From a virus (Duplodnaviria > Caudoviricetes), in IMG/VR virus record IMGVR_UViG_3300031998_000005: a DNA stretch of 64,000 nucleotides. One strand, given 5' to 3'. Both the position numbers and the translations under genes were made by a program. Under the pieces are notes generated by a model. That model did no database searches. It had not been told where the DNA came from and was given only the letters and a program-made list of their open reading frames with translations. Shown here one piece after another: positions 38,798-48,381 of the stretch; positions within the stretch are counted from its first letter, which is position 1, and every line of letters starts with the position of its first letter.

Positions 38798-39857
38798 AAA
38801 CAGATGCCTTTTCGCAGAACACGTTATGGTCCCAATACTGAATAGCGTTGGCAAACCATTCCACCTGTTCCATAGAAATAGGTGTAAAATTGTGATAGTC
38901 CGCAGCCAGGTCAAACCCGTTCTTCTTGGCGAACGCCCTGCCGTGGATATGACCATACAGCACAATGTTATCGGGGTATTCGGGGGTCATCGTTCCTTCA
39001 TCGGGTTCGTGAACCACGTAGTAAGTCCGTCCGTTCTGCTTGAACTGCTCCGCAGACGAAAGCACAATATCCCTGCCCATATAGGAAAGTTCCTTTTCAA
39101 CCTCGGACATAATCTCTCGGTCGTAGTTCCCAAGGACAAAATACAGGGTCTTGAAATTAAGGCAGGACACAATATCCCGCATAGTGGAAATATCCCCGAA
39201 ATCCCCTGCGTGGTAAACATCATCGTTCATCGTGACGGACTTGTTCCAATTAGAAATCATCGTCAAGTCCATAAAGTTCGTGTCCACGAAAGGTCTGCGG
39301 GAAAGTTCAAGAGTTCTCTGCTGTGAGAAATGAGTATCGGAGATAAAGAACTTTGTGGTCGCCCTGTTCAACCTGGACACCACAGCAGTCAGCATTTCTT
39401 CCAAGTCAGTCCAATATGGGATTTTCTCCTGTTCAAGTCGGACTTTAAGGTAATCGTTCTTTTCTGCGTCATCGGGGAAACCGCAGAACACGCCAGGCTT
39501 GTTATACCAATCCCCGAACTCAATGTTTGTCGTGAAAGCGGGGAAACCCCTGTCTATGTGTCTATCCACCCAAAAGACGATGGCAGATGCCTTGTGCATA
39601 GCGATGGTTTCCCACTCGGTCTGCACCCGCAAGGATTCCTTGCCATACTTATCACGCAGTTCTTGAAACCTATCGTTTGTCGGGGTAATCACGTTCCCGT
39701 CAAAGCCAAGGCGTTCCAAGATGTCAAACGCCTCGTTTCGCCAATCGTTAGAGTAATCTTCACGGGGACACGGTCCTGCCAAGAAGATGGAATTATTCAA
39801 CCCACAGGCTAGTTGTTCCTGCGGGGCAAGTTCGGGATTTACTTTAATTATCTTCAT
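38787..39857 (-). CDS. Fusion of nucleoside 2-deoxyribosyltransferase-like and calcineurin-like metallophosphoesterase domains
   Basis: SIFLAGP, WR, QTEWE, TTNIEFG; then SDTHF, GDFG, GNYD, HEP, GHIH. Confidence 0.82.
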   Translation of the reverse strand: MKIIKVNPELAPQEQLACGLNNSIFLAGPCPREDYSNDWRNEAFDILERLGFDGNVITPTNDRFQELRDKYGKESLRVQTEWETIAMHKASAIVFWVDRHIDRGFPAFTTNIEFGDWYNKPGVFCGFPDDAEKNDYLKVRLEQEKIPYWTDLEEMLTAVVSRLNRATTKFFISDTHFSQQRTLELSRRPFVDTNFMDLTMISNWNKSVTMNDDVYHAGDFGDISTMRDIVSCLNFKTLYFVLGNYDREIMSEVEKELSYMGRDIVLSSAEQFKQNGRTYYVVHEPDEGTMTPEYPDNIVLYGHIHGRAFAKKNGFDLAADYHNFTPISMEQVEWFANAIQYWDHNVFCEKASVYGL

Positions 39858-39878
39858 ATCTATAATATAGCAAGATAC

Positions 39879-41684
39879 CTACGATTTCTTCATTTTGAAG
39901 AAATTTTCCATAATGTATTCCTTGCGTTGGTTCATCGTCATAGATGTCGGCTTGGACTTTTGGAGTTCCAACAGCGAGGATGCACCAAGGGTCATAGACG
40001 CTCCGATGGCTTCATAGGAACTTGACGCAACGGAGTCGGCAATATCCTTACCGCCCTCCTGCTGTTTGCCATCCACGACAATCACGGCAGGGTGGTCAAT
40101 CTTCTTCGGTAGGTTCTGCAAGTTAATCAGTTCGTTTCTCAAAATCTGCGACTTGGGCATTTTTATCAAGCCCAACAGGATATTACTACTCAATTTCAAA
40201 TACGGGTCTTTGGTCTTATCCACGGACGCATACTTGACATTAAATCCCATCTTCGTGAGCAACTGCATCATATCTGCGGATTGGTAGCCATCGCACGTAA
40301 TCTGTGCAATACTAATCCCGTTGCTACGCAGATAGTTAAGGAACACACGGACTTTCCAAAACGGGACCTCGCTCCCAGGTAGAGCCTTGATACCGAACAC
40401 AAGCGGGGTTTCAATGGCGGGGCTAATCTTACTCACAGGGCTTCCGTCAATAGCCGACACGGAATTTACCCTAATGTTCTCCGTAACTCGGCTCATAGCA
40501 AAGCCAAATCGGTCGCTACGCAGACCGCCATCCAAGTGGACGTAGTATTGACCTTTCGGCAAGTTCCCCTTGTAAAAATCGCTGATTTGGTCGTTCTCGT
40601 TCAAGGTCAAATGCAACTCGTCCGTTGTCATACAATTTTCAAGGCACATTGACTTGTCAAGGGCTTCCACATTGTAAATCAAGTTCACGCCATTACGGGT
40701 AGCAACACCCGCCAAGTCCTGCAAAGCACCTGGAAGGTTCGTTTCAAATTCAGTCCTGTATTCAACAGGCACTTGTATCGTCCTGCCCGTGTAATCGTCC
40801 ATTTCCTTTTCGGACGTGATGATTTTCGGCTGTTCAACATCCGAACCGATAAACACGGGGAAAGTCTTACCGCTATAAATCCCCTTGTAGGACTGCACAT
40901 CCCAAATGGCAGGCTCAAAGATAATCACGTGCGGGTCGTTTCGCACTGCGTCAATGTGGCTTTCCAAGAATGACGAACTATCGTTTCTTGACGAGATAAG
41001 CCACCTACGGCACGGGAGCGTTCCACCCTTGAGCATAAAACGGGATTTCATTCTTCGGGTAATCGTATCGTAGTTCTTCACAGCCTGGTCTGCCACCTTG
41101 TCTTGGAAGTTGGCTTCGTCTATGATAGCCCCGATAACAGCCTTACCCAAGTTATGACCGCCACGAGAGCCGTAGCCGATACCTACGTGATGGGGAAACA
41201 TATCTTCATCAAGCCGTTCGCCCTTTTTCGGGTTGAACTTGGAGCAGAAATAGGGGGATGCCCCCATAGCGTCTAGGAATTGGTTAGCCATAACCGCCGA
41301 TGCCAGGTCCATCGTGGCGGTAACGAGCGAAAAAATGATGGACGTGGTAGAGAGCAGTTTATACTTGCGGTGGGGGTCTTTCAGCAGGGTCACGTGGTAA
41401 AGGTCATACATCGCACCCATCAAGGCAAAGGAGGTCTTTCCCGCACCGATACAGCCCGTAACACAGACCTCTTCGTAGGGCGAGTAGAGCGGGTTCGGGA
41501 ATACCTTGTGCAAAGCGTCCATCCAATAGGGATAGACCTGTCCGTTTCCGTAAATCTGCCCAAGGTAGTAGGGGTCGTTCAAAAAGGTATCTATGTCCAC
41601 GGGAACAGACTCGTAGCCCTCCGCCATCGCGGCAGCCTTATACAAGTCAGTTGTGCTTAATCCCGAAAGTCCGCTTTCAGCCAT
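39879..41684 (-). CDS. terL: Terminase large subunit
   Basis: Walker A GCIGAGKT, Walker B AIIDE, motif III LISS, nuclease YVHLDG, DGYQS, KIDHP, KDIADS. Confidence 0.92.
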   Translation of the reverse strand: MAESGLSGLSTTDLYKAAAMAEGYESVPVDIDTFLNDPYYLGQIYGNGQVYPYWMDALHKVFPNPLYSPYEEVCVTGCIGAGKTSFALMGAMYDLYHVTLLKDPHRKYKLLSTTSIIFSLVTATMDLASAVMANQFLDAMGASPYFCSKFNPKKGERLDEDMFPHHVGIGYGSRGGHNLGKAVIGAIIDEANFQDKVADQAVKNYDTITRRMKSRFMLKGGTLPCRRWLISSRNDSSSFLESHIDAVRNDPHVIIFEPAIWDVQSYKGIYSGKTFPVFIGSDVEQPKIITSEKEMDDYTGRTIQVPVEYRTEFETNLPGALQDLAGVATRNGVNLIYNVEALDKSMCLENCMTTDELHLTLNENDQISDFYKGNLPKGQYYVHLDGGLRSDRFGFAMSRVTENIRVNSVSAIDGSPVSKISPAIETPLVFGIKALPGSEVPFWKVRVFLNYLRSNGISIAQITCDGYQSADMMQLLTKMGFNVKYASVDKTKDPYLKLSSNILLGLIKMPKSQILRNELINLQNLPKKIDHPAVIVVDGKQQEGGKDIADSVASSSYEAIGASMTLGASSLLELQKSKPTSMTMNQRKEYIMENFFKMKKS

Positions 41685-41879
41685 ACGTCAGTCCTTGTCC
41701 CGTAATAGAACGGGCATTCTGCGTGGCTGTCTTGTAGAGAAATATAACAAATAATCAGTTAGATAGGGAGATACCCGAATTACTTATATCTTTTTGTTAT
41801 ACGAGTTCCTGTGCCTACAACACGAAATCCACCCCAAAAACCAACCCACCCCAACCCATCCTCATTCCGAAGCATTCGC

Positions 41880-42120
41880 AAGATTTGTTCGCTGACGCTC
41901 ACAAACTTGTTCACGCTTCACGGACCTTGGACTGCGAACAACCCTATTAGCCATATCAACCCTTCTTGACAACCACGCCCGCTAGGGCGTGGTAGGCACA
42001 CACGGGGGAGCGTAGCGACCCCTGTGTGCCCATAACTAGATTTCTTGGATTACGAGCGTTACCTTTTTCTTTTCGTATAGCAGGGGACATATATATACGG
42101 AAGGAAAAAGGTAACGTTTT
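41880..42120. other. Hairpin-rich intergenic region, candidate replication origin or pac region
   Basis: ACCACGCCC/GGGCGTGGT (41972-41993), GGCACA...TGTGCC (about 41995-42030) and an imperfect inverted repeat with about 22 bp arms (about 42058-42115). Confidence 0.45.
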
Positions 42121-42128
42121 TCAAGAAT

Positions 42129-42152
42129 AAAAAACCACCGAATTTCGGTGGT
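42129..42152 (-). terminator. Intrinsic terminator
   Basis: ACCACCGAA-t-TTCGGTGGT with T-run on the minus strand. Confidence 0.7.
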
Positions 42153-42158
42153 CTTGGA

Positions 42159-43022
42159 TTACAAAAATGCTTCCTTGTGCATACATTTGAACTTGCGTTC
42201 TGCGGGGGATAATGGTATCTTGTTTGCCTGTTTCCATAGGATTTCGGTAGCCCTGTCAGTTTTGCTCATATAACTAGATTTCAAGAGATTTCTAGTCCAC
42301 AGCCATTTAAGAATGCTTGTTTTTGTTTCTTTTTTCAAGTGGGAGAACATTTCCAGGCTCAACACGGAGTCTATAAGTTTTTCCTGCTGTGTTCTTGTTT
42401 GAAGCCTGCCGATACCCCGCTTTATGAGCATTTGGCGTAAGTTTTCACGGGCAGTGTAGTCCGTAGCCCCTTTCCCCATTCTTTCTTTCTTGTTAATTGT
42501 TTTTAGTCCATCCAATGTGCTGTCGGAGAACATATCTATATAGACCTTGGACACAAACGATAATGTATCAGTCACACGATTTAACAGGTCTATGGGGCAA
42601 TCCGTGAACTTTTGCAAGTAGTAGTGGATTGTATTGTTTACAGCACTTACGTGGACAGGGATTTTGCCTAATTTGCTACAAATAAGCGTGTTTCGGGTCA
42701 TCGCCCATACAATGCGTCCTGCCAAGGAACTATAACACTTGATTAGGCTTTGGTGGACATACCCCTTTCTATCCTTGAAGATGTTTCCAGGTTTTAGCCA
42801 TAATAGACCTGTATGTGGCGGGGTTTCTTTTCCCGTGAGTTGAATCCACTGCTTGTTCGTAAAGGGTATGGCGGTAATCCCTTCTTCGCTGTATTCAAAG
42901 CGTTTGTGTGGTTCAATGGCTTCTTCAAGGAATACATCTAGGGATTCTATAACGGAGAGCCATTCTTCTGCGGGGTTATAAACTTTTCTTAATGATACAT
43001 TCGTGGTTGTTTGCTCGGTCAT
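42159..43022 (-). CDS. Basic hypothetical protein, possibly replication initiator
   Basis: Likely ATG 43022 with AGGA SD; lies beside the hairpin cluster; function from context only. Confidence 0.4.
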   Translation of the reverse strand: MTEQTTTNVSLRKVYNPAEEWLSVIESLDVFLEEAIEPHKRFEYSEEGITAIPFTNKQWIQLTGKETPPHTGLLWLKPGNIFKDRKGYVHQSLIKCYSSLAGRIVWAMTRNTLICSKLGKIPVHVSAVNNTIHYYLQKFTDCPIDLLNRVTDTLSFVSKVYIDMFSDSTLDGLKTINKKERMGKGATDYTARENLRQMLIKRGIGRLQTRTQQEKLIDSVLSLEMFSHLKKETKTSILKWLWTRNLLKSSYMSKTDRATEILWKQANKIPLSPAERKFKCMHKEAFL

Positions 43023-43026
43023 TGGG

Positions 43027-43098
43027 TCAGTCCTAAATTTCAAGGTGCGGGGGTCTGCCGACAGGCTCTAGGACTGATGATACAGCCGACAGACCCCC
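43027..43098 (-). promoter_or_regulatory. 5' leader hairpin whose loop can pair with the SD (pseudoknot)
   Basis: 14 bp stem with G-U pairs on the minus strand; loop UCAGUCCUA complementary to UAGGACUGA at 43035-43027. Confidence 0.6.
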
Positions 43099-43144
43099 AC
43101 GAAACTTATGCACTTATAATATAGCAACTGACTTCCGAAACGGC

Positions 43145-43468
43145 TCACTCCCCCGTTTCTTCGCACAGGTATTTGAGCATAAGTGTTCCCTTGTGGTTTC
43201 CAAGGAGCAGAACCCCGCTCTTGCCCGACCCAAGGTATTCGTGTTCCCCGACCAACCACAGGAGGTGGTCGCACCTAATTCCGAAGATTTCTTCATCGCC
43301 CAAGGTAACGCACCCGCAACAGCCGTTCGGGTGGAATCCCATATCTTCGGGGTCAATCCCGTCCTCACCACCATATATTGTGTGGACGCAGACCTGTTCA
43401 AGATTTTCGGGTTTCCAGGGGCAACCGCTGTATGCCAACTTCGTGATACATTCTTCAAGATTAGTCAT
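43145..43468 (-). CDS. Cys-rich hypothetical protein
   Basis: 107 aa with AAGGA SD. Confidence 0.55.
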   Translation of the reverse strand: MTNLEECITKLAYSGCPWKPENLEQVCVHTIYGGEDGIDPEDMGFHPNGCCGCVTLGDEEIFGIRCDHLLWLVGEHEYLGSGKSGVLLLGNHKGTLMLKYLCEETGE

Positions 43469-43485
43469 ATATTTATTCCTTACAA

Positions 43486-44376
43486 TTATGCTGCGGACAC
43501 CTTACAGCGGGTAAGTTCTGTGCGGAAACCTTCATCGCTCCAATCGTGGTATTCCTTGACAGTGGCGATGATGTTCACGCTCGTATCTACCGCAAGTTCA
43601 AGGTTCTTGGAGGTGTCCCACACCATCACGTTAAAATCCCTGTCAAGGAACTTGTAATAGTATTTCGGTCCGAAATGGGTGTTGTATTCATCTACCGATG
43701 CGATACGGGCTGTAATCGTAATGCGTTCGCCCACACTGCCAAGTTTCTTGCTTGCAGGGATTCTCGGATAGGTATAGTCGTATTTTGCGTGAAATGCAGT
43801 GCTGATTTCCCCATCGTCCTGCCAATCAAGTTCCATACGAACCCTGTCCACCTTGATTATTTCTTCCCAACCCATCGGAACGATTTGGAAAATCCCGCCC
43901 TTGTAGGCAAGGACATCGGCATTGTCCACCGCAGACAGGTAGTAGCCCCGTTTGGCAAGGCACTTGCTCTTGTTGCTGTCATAGAGCCAATCACTGCCCT
44001 CATCGTGGCGTTGGACGGGCTTACCGCTCTTGGCGTTTATTACGATACCGATGATTTCACCGAAATTGAAGAAACGCAACTTTTCCTTGATGATTTCAAG
44101 GGGTTTCCAGGCGTCACGGATAGCCTGTTCTTCCCTAGCCTTTGCGTCTGCCTTGGCTTGACGCTTGGCATTCAACTTGGCTGCATAGGCTTCCGTGTAT
44201 TCCTTTACATCACGGAGTCGGAAACCCGACCCGTTGCAGTCAAAGCACACACCGCCTTCAATGTGAGTAAAGCAGGGGATTTTACCCTTGCCGTGGCACT
44301 TATTACACTCGTATTTCACTTCGTAATACTTTGTGCCGTTCCTGTCGGTCTTGATGTAGGTGCGGGAAAGTTCCAT
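43486..44376 (-). CDS. Zn-finger plus OB-fold protein, probable early gene
   Basis: CNKCHGKG...CFDCNGSG; C-terminal GSVGERIT...ATVKEY...TELTRCK; consensus promoter upstream. Confidence 0.65.
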   Translation of the reverse strand: MELSRTYIKTDRNGTKYYEVKYECNKCHGKGKIPCFTHIEGGVCFDCNGSGFRLRDVKEYTEAYAAKLNAKRQAKADAKAREEQAIRDAWKPLEIIKEKLRFFNFGEIIGIVINAKSGKPVQRHDEGSDWLYDSNKSKCLAKRGYYLSAVDNADVLAYKGGIFQIVPMGWEEIIKVDRVRMELDWQDDGEISTAFHAKYDYTYPRIPASKKLGSVGERITITARIASVDEYNTHFGPKYYYKFLDRDFNVMVWDTSKNLELAVDTSVNIIATVKEYHDWSDEGFRTELTRCKVSAA

Positions 44377-44406
44377 AGGTGGTTGCCTCTCGGTTTTGAC
44401 ACCTAT

Positions 44407-44435
44407 AATATAACAAAATACCCAGCAGTTGTCAA
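44407..44435 (-). promoter_or_regulatory. Sigma70-type promoter
   Basis: TTGACA-17-TATATT with extended TG and GGTATTTTGT spacer. Confidence 0.85.
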
Positions 44436-44468
44436 TAGTATTTCTTAAAATAATTTCTTACGAAATTC

Positions 44469-44891
44469 TTATTTTACGATTTCAGCGTCCTGCACATCAA
44501 CAGGGTTTCCCGTGCTACGCTTGAAGATTTCGGACTTGATACGCTCGGCATCGTCCTCGGAAAACACCGTCGTGTCCACCTTTTCATCGGACTTGTCCAC
44601 TTCCACATTGGACGTGTCGGTGGCGTAGCCGTTGATTGCCCGCAGGATGTCCAGGCGTAGTCTTACGGATTCGTTGGTCTGCCTAGACATATCCATCAGT
44701 TCACGCAGGGTCGCTTGGTCAAGGTTCGTGCTGTTGGCGATGGCGTTGTCAATAGCGTCCATTCGGTGCAGAAGGGCAGCCATACTCTCCATTGAGTTCT
44801 TGGAGATATTTACCCCTAGAAGGTTCATTTTAGCCTGTAATTCGGCTAGTTCCTTTTTCGGAACGGCTACCTGTGTATTTTCTTCGCTCAT
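44469..44891 (-). CDS. Helical protein, possible terminase small subunit
   Basis: 140 aa, helical, C-terminal VDVQDAEIV; weak evidence. Confidence 0.35.
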   Translation of the reverse strand: MSEENTQVAVPKKELAELQAKMNLLGVNISKNSMESMAALLHRMDAIDNAIANSTNLDQATLRELMDMSRQTNESVRLRLDILRAINGYATDTSNVEVDKSDEKVDTTVFSEDDAERIKSEIFKRSTGNPVDVQDAEIVK

Positions 44892-44931
44892 AGTTCCTAA
44901 TCTAACAAATTATCGGGTGTGTGTCAATAGG

Positions 44932-44958
44932 AAAACACCCGCCCTTGCGGACGGGTGC
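44932..44958 (-). terminator. Intrinsic terminator
   Basis: CACCCG...CGGGTG stem plus T-run, ends the cargo block. Confidence 0.7.
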
Positions 44959-44979
44959 TTACTATGCAATGGAAATCTG

Positions 44980-46755
44980 TTAGGACATCTTGTAGACATC
45001 TACTTCGTAGCACGGTCCACCATATTCGTCAAAGTCGTTCCTGCTACGGAAATCGGCTTCTTCACTGCGGTCATCCAAGTAATACTGCTTGCCGTATTCT
45101 TCTTCAAACTTGGCAAGGATTTCCTGTTCGTGTTCGTCAAGGTCTTCGCCATATTCATTTCCGAACGTGTGGGCTTCCCACAGCCATTTCGGAACGATAA
45201 TGGTGTCAATGAGTTCAAGATGAACTTCGGACTGCTTGGATTCCGTTTTCTTGCGGGATTCGGTCAAGTTTTCCTGCCCTGCGATGAACTTGGCGGTTTC
45301 GGCTGCGGACAGGTCGCCATCGGTGTAGTTCTGCTGAATGACATCGGCATACTTGTCGGCAAGACGTTTGGCACCGTTCGTTCCACAAGCCCAAATGACA
45401 TCAAGTTCGGAAATGATGTCGGACGTGTAGTTCTTCAAGTCGTGGGCTTCGGACTTTTTAGGGTCATCGCCAACTTTCTTCAAAGCGTCAAGAACTTCAC
45501 CAACGGACTTAAATCTTACAGGGTGTTCGTCCTGGATGTCGCCTCTATACATACTCCCACCGAAAACTTCAATAGATTCAAGATATTCGCCTGTGCGGTC
45601 TTCATTAAGCGAAAAATAATACTTAATGCCATCTTTGGTAGCAGTGAAACGTGTCCGATACGGATAAATCATACCATTACGGACATTGGACGAAGGCTCA
45701 AACCCAAGGGCTTTAAGACCATCAATAAGAGTCCAATAGTTATCATAGGCGGTTTCATCGTCCTCGTTCGCTTCGGACTTCTTGGATTCCTTTGGCTTGT
45801 AGGGTCCGTCAACGTATTTGGTTCCAATGAAATCGTAGAAAAGTGCGTCCTGTATGGGCTGCTTAACGGTTTCTTCTCCGTAGTTCCAACCCAACAGGTC
45901 TATGATACCCTCGGTTACGTTGTAGCAGGCGTTCCACTGATAGGCTTCGTCCTCATCGTCATAGCAGTCGCCGTGTTCATTATCGGGGTCAACGATATGG
46001 ACGGTAGTCACGAACTCGCCGTCGTCAAATTCAAACCACCCATTGAATAAATCCAAGAGGGCTTCCATATTTTCATTGACAAATTCTTCGCCAAAGTTTG
46101 ACTTTTCATTTTCGGGCACGTGTTCTACGATACTCTTGAATGCTTTGCGGATAGCGTCTTCTTCGGTGGTTGCACTTTCGGATTTCTTGCTTTCGCTCTT
46201 GCTATACTGCTTCATTCTCTGCATTTGGTCCTCTGCTTGTTTCTTTGTCGGGAACGACGCAAGAACTCGGTTATCTTCGTGGCTACGGATTACCCACGGA
46301 GCGTCTTCGCCCTTGCTGTTCTTATGTCCTTTTTCATAACCTAACTTTTCGTCAGTGTCCTTGGACTCGTTTTCGTGTTCTGCCGTCCATCGGGCATCAC
46401 AATCGCTACAAAAGCCCCCGTGTGCGTCAAGTTCATAACTAGGGGTGACTCGTCCACATCTGTGGCAATAGTAGTAATCTTCGGAGTCATCCCCATCCAT
46501 ATAGAACTCGGATTTCTTTTCAATACCAATATCCTTCAGCGGGATTTCAGTTTCGGTAGTGTCCTTGATTCCGTATAACGTGGCTGTGGTCGCTCCGTGT
46601 CGGAGAGCCATTTCCAATGTTCCACGGGCATCTACGATACCACTGGTATTCTTGAAATAGGGTTCACCATCAATGATGTAGTGAACCTTAAAGTAGTCAT
46701 ACTGCGAAGGGTCAAACCTACTTTCGTGAACTTTGATAGTAAAAGGCATATCCAT
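44980..46755 (-). CDS. Leader-bearing polyprotein of about 7 modules
   Basis: MDMPFTIKVHES; linkers EKKSE, ENESK, ESKKSES, ESKKSEA, KKSEA, ESRKKTESKQSE. Confidence 0.7.
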   Translation of the reverse strand: MDMPFTIKVHESRFDPSQYDYFKVHYIIDGEPYFKNTSGIVDARGTLEMALRHGATTATLYGIKDTTETEIPLKDIGIEKKSEFYMDGDDSEDYYYCHRCGRVTPSYELDAHGGFCSDCDARWTAEHENESKDTDEKLGYEKGHKNSKGEDAPWVIRSHEDNRVLASFPTKKQAEDQMQRMKQYSKSESKKSESATTEEDAIRKAFKSIVEHVPENEKSNFGEEFVNENMEALLDLFNGWFEFDDGEFVTTVHIVDPDNEHGDCYDDEDEAYQWNACYNVTEGIIDLLGWNYGEETVKQPIQDALFYDFIGTKYVDGPYKPKESKKSEANEDDETAYDNYWTLIDGLKALGFEPSSNVRNGMIYPYRTRFTATKDGIKYYFSLNEDRTGEYLESIEVFGGSMYRGDIQDEHPVRFKSVGEVLDALKKVGDDPKKSEAHDLKNYTSDIISELDVIWACGTNGAKRLADKYADVIQQNYTDGDLSAAETAKFIAGQENLTESRKKTESKQSEVHLELIDTIIVPKWLWEAHTFGNEYGEDLDEHEQEILAKFEEEYGKQYYLDDRSEEADFRSRNDFDEYGGPCYEVDVYKMS

Positions 46756-46764
46756 TCTCCGTTG

Positions 46765-47781
46765 TTAAAATCCGCAATCGCCCAAGGCACAGCCTACATC
46801 GTCAAGCGACCCTGCGAGTATAATTTCATCTTCGGCATATTTGGGAACTTCCATATACACGTGCCATTTCTTTGCCCAGGGTTCAATGTCCGCAGGCTTG
46901 CAACGACTCCACTTGCTATTGATAGTAGCGTAGTGGAACGCAGTTATATCAAAGAAACTATCGGATAGTGTCTTGTCTTCGGAACTATCAAGGAAATCTA
47001 CCAATTCATCTATCGTGTTCACGTAGATGTTCGTGTAGTCCTTGTCGGGGATAACGATGACATTTTCATTGTTCTTGGCTGCGTTTACCGCCCATTCAGT
47101 AGCGTCCGCAGGAACGTCAAAGGTGAAGCACAGGTTACGATGGATAGGCATTAAATCTTCGTTTCGCATAGTCTTTTTACCTTTTGCAACTTCTCTTGCG
47201 AGTTCCATAGATGAAGCGGACGGTCCTACGCCCATACCCCACCCATTGCAGTCCGACCACTTTTGCAGTTCGCTAACGTCATCGCAGTAAATGTCAAATT
47301 CATCGGACGGCTTGCGTTCGGGGCCATAGACAGGGTAATACCCGTGTATGACGCACTTGGCATTTCCCGCATCGGGGTAAAGGTCGGGGTCTGCTTCCCC
47401 GAAGCCCATCACACGGAAAGTAAACGCACCCCTGCGGAGGCAACGGATAGTCGCACGAACAGGAACGCACACTCCGTTCGGGAGTTCCAAGGTGCTACCA
47501 TATCGCAGGCAGTCAAATTCCACGTCGGGGTGGACTACCTGTAAGGATTCATACCTACCCGCATTTACGGCATTGAACCTAGACAACTTGTGTATGTGGC
47601 GTTTGCCCGCAAAGGATTTAATCCACCCGTTGAGTTCCTTGGTTCTTTTCCTGCGGGTCAGCGGATTATTCCAGGTGTGCTTCGCACGAGCGGACTGAAT
47701 GTAGCCCGTGTGCGAAGAATGGTCATCCTTGAACCTGTCAAGGAGCGACTTTTTATGCAGGAAATATCCGTTGTTAGGCAT
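46765..47781 (-). CDS. Hypothetical protein with basic N-terminus and acidic remainder
   Basis: 338 aa; basic part ends at RYES. Confidence 0.6.
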   Translation of the reverse strand: MPNNGYFLHKKSLLDRFKDDHSSHTGYIQSARAKHTWNNPLTRRKRTKELNGWIKSFAGKRHIHKLSRFNAVNAGRYESLQVVHPDVEFDCLRYGSTLELPNGVCVPVRATIRCLRRGAFTFRVMGFGEADPDLYPDAGNAKCVIHGYYPVYGPERKPSDEFDIYCDDVSELQKWSDCNGWGMGVGPSASSMELAREVAKGKKTMRNEDLMPIHRNLCFTFDVPADATEWAVNAAKNNENVIVIPDKDYTNIYVNTIDELVDFLDSSEDKTLSDSFFDITAFHYATINSKWSRCKPADIEPWAKKWHVYMEVPKYAEDEIILAGSLDDVGCALGDCGF

Positions 47782-47790
47782 TGTGAACCT

Positions 47791-48369
47791 TTATGTTTTG
47801 TTGGACTTGATTTCCTCGTCCACGATAGAATCAACTATTCGTAGGATATGGGATTTCGCCTGTTCAAAGTTTTCAGTCTTTTCTATCTCGTCACGGATTT
47901 TATTACGCAACTTGATACGGGACGGACCACGGGTGTCGTTAAGATTATATTGCTTGGCGAGGCTCTTGGCTGCTATACCCATCTGTGTAATGTCATCGGC
48001 AAGAGCACGATAAGACACGTGTTCCTTAACGAAATCTTCAATGTCGTTATAGGAATTAAACGCTTCCTTTTTCTTGGATTCATCAGCGTCATCGTTTTCA
48101 ATGGAAACAAGTTCGCCATCGTCATCCCACTCCAAGCCGTCTTCTTCAAGAGCGTCATCGGTCGGGATAAGTTCGTCCTGCTTCATCCACCCGTAGGCTT
48201 TTTCAACCATATCTTCGGACAAACCACGGGCGAGAAATTCACCGATGGTCGCCCAGTCAATGTAGCCCTGTTCAACAAGGCAATACAGGCGGTTCATATA
48301 CGGACGAGCGGAGTCTTCGTTCTTCTTGAGAGATTCAATCTTCTTCTGCATAGAGCACTGATGTTTCAT
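47791..48369 (-). CDS. Protein with CSMQKK leader and internal ESKKKEA linker
   Basis: MKHQCSMQKKIESLKKNED; GGAGG SD. Confidence 0.7.
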   Translation of the reverse strand: MKHQCSMQKKIESLKKNEDSARPYMNRLYCLVEQGYIDWATIGEFLARGLSEDMVEKAYGWMKQDELIPTDDALEEDGLEWDDDGELVSIENDDADESKKKEAFNSYNDIEDFVKEHVSYRALADDITQMGIAAKSLAKQYNLNDTRGPSRIKLRNKIRDEIEKTENFEQAKSHILRIVDSIVDEEIKSNKT

Positions 48370-48381
48370 AGTGTGTCCTCC

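Noticed and set aside
44632-46050. 472 aa plus-strand ORF and similar antisense ORFs (7-555, 1486-2349, 21102-22229, 43546-44448, 47848-49572)
   Set aside because: All overlap well-supported minus-strand genes and are F/L/V/S-rich mirror translations
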